DNA of 64,000 nucleotides from Antedon mediterranea (Eukaryota > Animalia > Echinodermata): NCBI RefSeq assembly GCF_964355755.1, contig NC_092670.1:31546388-31610387 (forward strand), given 5' to 3'. Numbering within the stretch: position 1 is the stretch's first letter; every line of letters starts with the position of its first letter. This document shows, piece by piece, positions 54,381 to 64,000 of the stretch. The notes below the pieces were generated by a model. The model searched no databases. It had not been told where the DNA came from and was given only the letters and a program-made list of their open reading frames with translations. The position numbers were made by a program, and so were the translations under genes.

Positions 54381-57345
54381 GCAATTTAGCACAGTGTTTT
54401 ACTATATAACCAGATAAATAATAGGAAACATTTAATAATTTGATAAATGACATTTACATAGCAATTTAACTAAATGTCTTTTTAAAATGAAATTAAATAA
54501 ATTTGATTAGAGTAAAACACAATGATAAAGAATAGGAAACATTTAATAATATGATAAATTACATTTAATAATATGATAAATTACATTTACATAGCAATTT
54601 ATCACTGTGTTTTACTATAACCAATTTGGTTAGAGTAAAGCACAATGATAAAGAATAGGAAACATTTAATAACATGATAAATGACATTCACATAGCAATT
54701 TATCACTGTGTTTTACTATAACCAATCAGATTAGAGTAAAGCACAATGATAATAGGAAACATTTAATAATTATGATAAATGACATTTACATAGTAATTTA
54801 GCACTGTGTTTTAGTATAACCAATTTGGTTAAAGTAAAACACAATGATAAAGAATAGGAAACATTTAATAATTTGATAAATGACATTTACATAGTAATTT
54901 ATCACTGTGTTTTACTATAACCAATTTGGTTAAAGTAAAACACAATGATAAAGAATAGGAAACATTTAATAATTTGATAAATGACATTTACATAGCAATT
55001 TAGCACTGTGTTTTAGTATAACCAATTTGATTAGAGTAAAACACAATGATAAAGAATAGGAAACATTTAATAAAATGATAAATTACATTTACATAGCAAT
55101 TTATCACTGTGTTTTACTATAACTAATTTGGTTAGAGTAAAACACAATGATAAAGAATAGGAAACATTTAATAATATGATAAATTAAATTTACATAGCAA
55201 TTTATCACTGTGTTTTACTATAACCAATTTGGTTATAGTAAAACACAATGATATAGAATAGGAAACATTTAATAATTTGATAAATTACATTTACATAGCA
55301 ATTTATCACTGTGTTTTTATATAACCAATTTGGTTATGGTAAAGCACAATGATAAAGAATAGGAAACCTTTAATAATATGATAAATGACATTTACATAAC
55401 AATTTAGCACTGTGTTTTACTATAGCCAATTTGGTTATAGTAAAACACAACGATATAGAATAGGAAACATTTAATAACATGATAAATGACATTCACATAG
55501 CAATTTATCACTGTGTTTTACTATAACCAATCAGATTAGAGTAAAGCACAATGATAAAGAATAGGAAACATTTAATAATAATTATGATAAATGACATTTA
55601 CATAGTAATTTAGCACTGTGTTTTAGTATAACCAATTTGGTTAAAGTAAAACACAATGATAAAGAATAGGAAACATTTAATAATTTGATAAATGACATTT
55701 ACATAGTAATTTATCACTGTGTTTTACTATAACCAATTTGGTTAAAGTAAAACACAATGATAAAGAATAGGAAACATTTAATAATTTGATAAATGACATT
55801 TACATAGCAATTTTGCACTGTGTTTTAGTATAACCAATTTGATTAGAGTAAAACACAATGATAAAGAATAGGAAACATTTAATAAAATGATAAATTACAT
55901 TTACATAGCAATTTATCACTGTGTTTTACTATAACTAATTTGGTTCAGAGTAAAACACAATGATAAAGAATAGGAAACATTTAATAATATGATAAATTAC
56001 ATTTACATAGCAATTTATCACTGTGTTTTACTATAACCAATTTGGTTATAGTAAAACACAATGATATAGAATAGGAAACATTTAATAATTTGATAAATTA
56101 CATTTACATAGCAATTTATCACTGTGTTTTTATATAACCAATTTGGTTATGGTAAAGCACAATGATAAAGAATAGGAAACATTTAATAATATGATAAATG
56201 ACATTTACATAACAATTTAGCACTGTGTTTTACTACTATAGTCAATTTGGTTATAGTAAAACACAATGATATAGAATAGGAAACATTTAATAATTTGATA
56301 AATTACATTTACATAGCAATTTATCACTGTGTTTTTATATAACCAATTTGGTTATGGTAAAGCACAATGATAAAGAATAGGAAACATTTAATAATATGAT
56401 AAATGACATTTACATAACAATTTAGCACTGTGTTTTACTATAGCCAATTTGGTTAAAGTAAAACACAATGATAAAGAATAGGAAACATTTAATAATTTGA
56501 TAAATGACATTTACATAACAATTTAGCACTGTGTTTTACTATAGTCAATTTGGTTATAGTAAAACACAACGATATAGAATAGGAAACATTTAATAATATG
56601 ATAAATTACATTTACAAAGCAATTTAGCACTGTGTTTTACTATAACCAATTTGGTTAAAGTAAAACACAATGATAAAGAATAGGAAACATTTAATAATTT
56701 GATAAATTACATTTACATAACAATTTATCACTGTGTTTTACTATAACCAATTTGGTTATGGTAAAACATAATGATAAAGAATAGGAAACATTTAATAATT
56801 TGATAAATTACATTACATATCAATGTATCACTGTGTTTTACTATAACCAATTTGGTTAGAGTAAAACACAATGATAAAGAATAGGAATTTAATAATATGA
56901 TATATGACATTTAAATAGCAATTTATCACTGTGTTTTACTATAACCAATTTGGTTATAGTAAAACACAATGATAAAGAATAGGAAACATTTAATAATTTG
57001 ATAAATTACATTACATATCAATGTATCACTGTGTTTTACTATAACCAATTTGGTTAGAGTAAAACACAATGATAAAGAATAGGAATTTAATAATATGATA
57101 TATGACATTTAAATAGCAATTTATCACTGTGTTTTACTATAACCAATTTGGTTAGAGTTAAACACAATGATAAAGAATAGGAAACATTTAAAAATATGAT
57201 AAATGACATTCACATAGCAATTTATCACTGTGTTTTACTATAACCAATTTGGTTATAGTAAAACACAATGATATAGAATAGGAAACATTTGATAAATTAC
57301 ATTTACATAGCAATTTAGCACTGTGTTTTACTATACCAATTTAGT
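54381..57345 (+). repeat. ~101-bp satellite array, left arm (about 29 monomers)
   Basis: Unit GCAATTTATCACTGTGTTTTACTATAACCAATTTGGTTAGAGTAAAACACAATGATAAAGAATAGGAAACATTTAATAATATGATAAATTACATTTACATA, with a period of 101 (54901 to 55002). Confidence 0.95.
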
Positions 57346-57734
57346 TACGGATAAAGAATATGAATTTAAAGAATGGATACAATATGATATGATACAATAT
57401 GATTTTCTCCCAATTAGTAAGACATTTTGGGATACTGCGTGCGTAGTGCACCTAACAAGATCATGTTTGCTATTTAAAACTCACATTTTAAAACCGTAAA
57501 CGCATACATTTGCGGACATACTCGTAAAACACACTTCCAGAGATTTAATAATTTTAACAGTACTACAACATCCATAATATAAAGTAGTATAGATTTGTAC
57601 AAAAAGAGCAGAACAATTAAATTAACTGTCATTACATCTACTGAACTGTCTCATTAAATCTACTGAAAAAAATTCATCGCGATGAATTTATTTATAATAC
57701 ACCAATCAGATCACACGAAATTAGTATGGAATGC

Positions 57735-58690
57735 CAGTTTAGGCGATGATAAAATCGCGTCGATGATGCAATGAAAATTGCGTCGATGTGATGAAAATTG
57801 CGTCGATGAATATAATATTTATATAATGAAAATTAACGTCGATGTGATGAACATTGCGTCGATGAAAATTGCGTCGATGTAATGAAAATTGCGTTAATGT
57901 GATGAAAATTGCGTCGATGAAAATTGCGTCGATGAAAACTGCATCGATGAAAACTGCATCGATGAAAAAAAAAACAATTTTCATCGATGCAGTTTTCATC
58001 GATGAAAATTGCGATCTCCCTGCCGGTATGATTTGAATATGATGTCATGAATGCTGGACATCTGAATTTTATGTACTGTACTGGTGGATTAACGGAAGCA
58101 ATTAGCTAGAAGATATAATGTGTCCGAAAGGACAATAATGGATCCATTGCTAAAATGTGTTGACAATAAATCACTAAAATGTTAATCAGTGCATATTTTT
58201 CAACATTGTTTTAGTGCGCGCTCACTGTGCGCTTGTCTATAACGCGCGCTGGCGCAAGCTGTAAACATGTTTATCATATCAAAAATATTCAGAAACCGTC
58301 AATTTTTAGCAACATAATAACATTATTAACATCATTATTAACATCATCATTTACTTTACTAGTAGTAATTTTCATCATTGATTGAATTAAAACCATTTGG
58401 AATTTTCATAATCAATTCAATTCATCACATCAATTTTCATCGATGCAGTTTTCATCGACGCAATTTCATCGACGCAATTTTTATCGATGCAGTTTTCATC
58501 GACGCAATTTTCATCGACGCAATTTTCATCATCGACACAATTTTCATCGACGCAATTTACATTGCATCGACGCAATTTATATTGCATCGACGCAATCTAC
58601 ATTGCATCGACGCAATGTAGATTGCGTCGATGCAATTTTCATCGACGCAATTTCATCATCGACGCAATTTTCATCATCGACGCTAAAAAC
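57735..58690. mobile_element. Foldback-like element with inverted arms made of ~15-bp repeats
   Basis: (GATGAAAATTGCGTC)n at 57745-58012 and the reverse complement (GACGCAATTTTCATC)n at 58430-58685, around a ~400-bp spacer. TSD not resolved. Confidence 0.65.
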
Positions 58691-58869
58691 AGTGTGCGCA
58701 ATGCACGTTTTCTTCCCATGACGAGACGAATCGATATTCGACGCTTCGTGTGACGAATGATCGCCAAATTATAATTAATATAATTAATTAATGAAATACG
58801 ATACGCAGTTGATGTTTGCATCAATTGTTCTTCAGAATAAATACTTTCAAAATACAAAACAAAAATGTG

Positions 58870-60000
58870 TGGTGAGTGACGATATGTTCAATCATGGACC
58901 TATAAATTACTAACGTAAAAATACGTATCGTCTTAAAAAAAAGTTTGATATTTGGTAGATATGTTCAATATAGGTTCTTACATCTATAATGCAAAAGAAA
59001 TATCCTAATAGTTTTATTTTGATTTCTGGGAATCATCAATGAAGTAAACATGTGTTGGAAATGTATGGTCTTTCATATACAAATTATTAAAATCACGAAT
59101 TTGTCTTGAAACTTATATTTTTTGTTTGTTCTATAGACGTAAGTCCCTATTGAACATATCTACCAAATTTCAAAAGTTTCTGAATACGATACGTACTTTT
59201 TCGCGATGAATTTATTATATCGCTTCAAACTAGGGTTAGGGTTATATAACCTAAAACAGTATCTATTCTTTATCACTGTGTTTAACTGTGTAACCAAATT
59301 GGTTCTGTAAAACAAGATGATAAACTATGTAACTTGTATTTATTATATTACATTATATGTATCCTTTAATGTAATATGGAAAATAAAATGTACATAGTTT
59401 ATCATTGTGTTGTACTTTAACCAATTTGGTTAAAAGTTAAACACAGTGTTAAAGAATGGAACTGTTAGGTTATTTAACCCTAACCCTAGTTTGAAGCGAT
59501 CACATACTTAATTCATCGCTAAAAATACGTATGGTCTTGAAAAACGTTTGAAATTTGGTAGATATGTTCAATCAATATAGGTTCTTACATCTATAATGTA
59601 AAAGAAATATCATATTTGTTTTATTTTGATTTCTGGGAATCATCAATGAAGTAAAAATGTGTTGGAAAATGTATGGTAATTCATAAGTGTACATTTTTAG
59701 AAATGCAAATTATTAAAATCACGAATTTTTCGTGAAACTTATATTTTTTGTTTGTTTTATAGACGTAAGAACCTATTAAACATATTTAACAAATTTCAAA
59801 CGTTTCTGAATACGATACATATTTTTTCGCGATGAATTTATTATGTCGCTTCAAACTAGGGTTAGGGTTATATAACCTAAAACAGTATCTATTCTTTATC
59901 ACTGTGTTTAACTGTGTAACCAAATTGGTTCTGTAAAACAAGATGATAAACTATGTAACTTGTATTTATTATATTACATTATATGTATCCTATTCTTTAT
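58870..60000. repeat. Duplicated palindromic block (~660-bp period)
   Basis: 58915-59365 is repeated at 59520-59990. Each copy is internally palindromic (TTTGGTAGATATGTTCAATA...TATTGAACATATCTACCAAA) and carries CTAGGGTTAGGGTTA plus diverged satellite monomers. Confidence 0.8.
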
Positions 60001-60049
60001 CATAACGTTTAGATAATAAGATATACTTAATATAATATTTTGCTATGCA

Positions 60050-61295
60050 AATAACATCATATAATAAATGTTTCATTATCATTGTGTTTTACTGTAACCA
60101 AATTGGTTATAGTAAAACACAATACTAAATTTGTATGTAAATGTATCATATTATTATATGTTTCCTATTCTTTATCATTGTATTTTACTGTATCCAACAC
60201 AGTGCTAAATATCATTTATCATAGTTAAATGTTTCCTATTCTTTATCATTGTGTTTTACTCTAACCAAATTGGTTATAGTAAAACACAGTGATAAATTAC
60301 TATGTAAATGTCATTTATCATATTATTAAATGTTTCCTATTCTTTATCATTGTGCTTTACTCTAACCAAATTGGTTATAGTAAAACACAGTGATACATTG
60401 ATATGTAATGTAATTTATCATATTATTAAATGTTTCCTATTCTATATCATTGTGTTTTACTATAACCAAATTGGTTATAGTAAAACACAGTGCTAAATTG
60501 CTATGTAAATGTCATTTATCATATTATTAAATGTTTCCTATTCTTTATCATTGTGCTTTACCATAACCAAATTGGTTATAGTAAAACACAGTGATAAATT
60601 GTTATGTAAATGTCATTTATCAAATTATTAAATGTTTCCTATTCTTTATCATTGTGTTTTACTTTAACCAAATTGGTTATAGTAAAACACAGTGCTAAAT
60701 TGTTATGTAAATGTCATTTATCATATTATTAAATGTTTCCTATTCTTTATCATTGTGCTTTACCATAACCAAATTGGTTATATAAAAACACAGTGCAAAA
60801 TTGCTATGTGAATGTCATTTATCAAATTATTAAATGTTTCCTATTCTTTATCATTGTGTTTTACTTTAACCAAATTGGTTATAGTAAAACACAGTGCTAA
60901 ATTGCTATGTAAATGTAATTTATCAAATTATTAAACGTTTCCTATTCTATATCATTGTGCTTTACCATAACCACATTGGTTATAGTAAAACACAGTGATA
61001 CATTGATATGTAATGTAATTTATCAAATTATTAAACGTTTCCTATTCTATATCATTGTGCTTTACCATAACCAAATTGGTTATAGTAAAACACAGTGATA
61101 CATTGATATGTAATGTAATTTATCATATTATTAAATGTTTCCTATTCTATTTCATTGTGTTTTACTATAACCAAATTGGTTATAGTAAAACACAGTGCTA
61201 AATTGCTATGTAAATGTCATTTATCATATTATTAAATGTTTCCTATTCTTTATCATTGTGTTTTACTCTAACCAAATTGGTTATTGTAAACACAG
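60050..61295 (-). repeat. ~101-bp satellite array, right arm, inverted (about 12 monomers)
   Basis: Reverse complement of the 54381-57345 unit. Confidence 0.95.
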
Positions 61296-64000
61296 TATAT
61301 TTTAACTCAGCAACATGTACATCGCCGCAAAATTGTTTATACGTTTATTTTGATTGGCTAACTAAAGTACAGTCTAATGAATATTGATATCAGAAGATTC
61401 CCTAGCTTAGTGAAAAGTTTTATTACCAAAAATATGCTGATTACGTCACTACCGGAAGTTGTAGTCTAGCATGATGCAGACGCAATTGATTATGTACGTT
61501 TGTTAAACATCCAAAAAGCTGTAAATTACCACAAAACGACGATAGGAAAGAATTCAAAGAAATGCCCTACGTGTTTAAGATCATTGTTTTAATATAGTCT
61601 GTATGTATAACTAACAATTGACCTTGTGGAAGAGCGTATGAATTTAATTTAAAGTAAAACATGATTTACTCGCCAATTTGGTATTGGATATATAGCTCCA
61701 TATTGGTAGGTTGAGTATGGTCGACTTTTAAGCCACAGTACGCCTGTATGAGAGTTAACATGCGGAATTATAAATTGCTCTTTTTGGGGTAACATCCATC
61801 GATCTTGGAATTTACAGAACTTAATTTAACTTATGACGTCTCCTTGTCGGACAATACGTTGATATAAAAGGTCATTAATATTTATGTTCTTAAAAAAAAT
61901 CGTATCGAGTAAAATCAGTTAACATAAACTTCATTTGTAAGCCTAAAATGTCATAGGCTATATAAAAAAAAACTGCTTAGACTAAATTTTCAAACCCAGT
62001 TAAATGCCTACATTAAAATACATAATATATCATGATGACACCAATGCATGTAAATTAAACATTTATTCTAGATAAAAACAATCATCAAATAAAATAAGAT
62101 TGCCTGATACTTTGGTGCGGCACTCTTGGTAAACCACGGGTACCCCAGTGGAGTGTTGGGAGAAAAACGAAACAAGAACCACTGTTTTTGTTTTGTTTTT
62201 CTGTTTGTTTGAAAACGTAATGTTCCAAGGGTAAACAAAAATCCATTTAGTAGGTCTACAATGCAAGTGTTATGATATTATAATAAAACAATTAATATTT
62301 TGATATTGATTATAGGTCATGTGTACCTGCTAACTGTTGGTTGTGTGATATGAAAATGAGTTTTGCTGGCGATATGAAAATGGGTTTAGTCCTCCATTCG
62401 CTTCTACTTCATCATTCAGATTAAGGAATGAATTAATTGTAAAAAAAAACCACGAACAAATCAGACGACATTGTTATGCCGATTCTCTCGATAAACGCAA
62501 AAGCAATTTCTTATTGATGACGTAACACAAATTTGCATTTTTAAGCCACGATTGTTAAAGTTTAACGTGCACGTGCGTCTTTATTTTGCAATTAAAGTTT
62601 ATAAAATGAATGAAATTTATCACAGAAGGTCCGTAGGCCTACATAACAAAAAACACAAAAGTTACGGATAACCAAAAAAGATTATTCCATCAATCACAAG
62701 GAGTTATCCGCCAAGGTGCGAATAACTAAAAAGCACTCTCAACACAAACGATTGTAATTGAATCAAAAATGCATTATGTACGCATGCGTGTTCAAATAAC
62801 AATCCCGGAAATGTGTATAGTTCATTTATATCACTTGTTATCATAATTGTGACGCACATATGAATATTCATATCTTCATTTTGTTTCGTACAAGAATGTT
62901 TATTTCAATATTAAAAAGATACCGTAGTAGGCTAATGCTTTATGTGAGAATTTCTAAAACATGTTTCAATCAAAATTAACACTTTATCGGTAATCTAAAA
63001 TACATTGTAAGATATTAATATATGATGACACTGATAGGGTACACATTTAATGTTTTCTGTGTATAAAATGAAATCACTCAACCCAACATTTTTACCGGTT
63101 GCTCCAGTGCGGTGCTACGGTACCCCATCGCAGTATTCGGGTAAAACTTTTACAAAAGTTGGATGTTAATATGAAAATATGAAATGTTCAATTCTCCGGG
63201 TTTTTTTTCTGATTGATCTACATTCATTCGTTTATCTGTTCATCTCTTTCAAAGAGCTATAACTCTGATTGTAACGCTTCAAAAGCAACCATGGTGCAGG
63301 CATGGTTGGTTGGTTGAATGGTTGCTTTTGTTGTTTCCATTACAATTATCGTGGGCAATCATGTCATTTCTGTGTAGTGTTTATAGATAAATGGTTGAAA
63401 TTTGCATTTTCTCATGATATTTGTAATATAGAAATAGGTGGTATAGCTTTTTTCAGTCCAAAATGTTTTTTTGTTGTTGTTTTAAACACATACCAACATT
63501 ATCCTTTGGCCAAATTCTGCTATAAAAACAGGAAGACCTTTTTTCTAGTTAGCCTAATGTAATAACATGTCTGGTGACTTCCTAGAAGAAAAAAAAAGAT
63601 GGTGGATATACGGTGGATAATTTTTGATATAGCATGAAAATAAAACTCTGAAGTTGAATAAAAATACTAGAAATGTAAGATTTAGGTTATATTACCTATA
63701 TTTAGTCATCTGATAATATTTTTTACTACACAGTTTATTTTTCTCTATTTACAACATGTGTGTACAAAAGAATAAAGATTTTACTGTGTAATTTGAACTA
63801 TCCCCCTACTGATAAAAAAAAATTTAACTCATGTAGCTCAGATCGATAATTATTGGAATGTATAACAAATTATAACTCTTGCCTCTTGTATAAAAATGAA
63901 GTTTTTTGGACAAGTAGTTCTAGAGAAAATGCAATTTCAGTTTACTTGTTACGTTAAGACTGCTCGCCGGCTTTTGAAAATTCTGTCCTATCTTTTAACA

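Noticed and set aside
59228-59872. Interstitial telomere
   Set aside because: There are only about two TTAGGG units per site, embedded in a palindromic repeat.
56728-60496. Repeated ~60-aa ORFs and FIDAI/HRRNF-repeat ORFs
   Set aside because: They are translations of satellite and 15-bp repeats, with no splice or homology support.
62030-62110. C/D box snoRNA (ATGATGA...CTGA)
   Set aside because: It has no convincing terminal stem or recognisable rRNA guide, and it is very AT-rich, so a chance match is likely.

Overview
AT-rich eukaryotic genomic DNA from a metazoan invertebrate (plausibly a deuterostome such as an echinoderm; this is inference) with spliceosomal introns. It is not prokaryotic. 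Four multi-exon genes can be reconstructed exon by exon: peroxisomal 3-ketoacyl-CoA thiolase ACAA1 (+, 6321-12347, with PTS2), VPS50/syndetin (+, 12997-33712), CIR1 (+, 37439-44669) and a divergent secernin-family gene (-, 48511-53577, with a GC-AG intron). A fifth, unrecognised, phase-consistent multi-exon gene lies on the - strand, head-to-head with ACAA1. The introns and intergenic DNA hold many transposable elements: a decayed Academ (XPG-like nuclease + Cys-rich) DNA transposon in a CIR1 intron, Helitron/Helentron-like elements, TTAA- and MULE-type MITEs, Deu-like SINEs, a LINE fragment and two minisatellites. The most unusual structure is a ~7.5-kb nested palindrome (about 54150-61710). 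It has two inverted arrays of a ~101-bp satellite whose monomer is itself a CCAAT-containing hairpin. These arrays enclose further palindromes and are flanked by an inverted copy of the secernin core promoter. All assignments were made by eye, and protein comparisons are from recall, not database searches.
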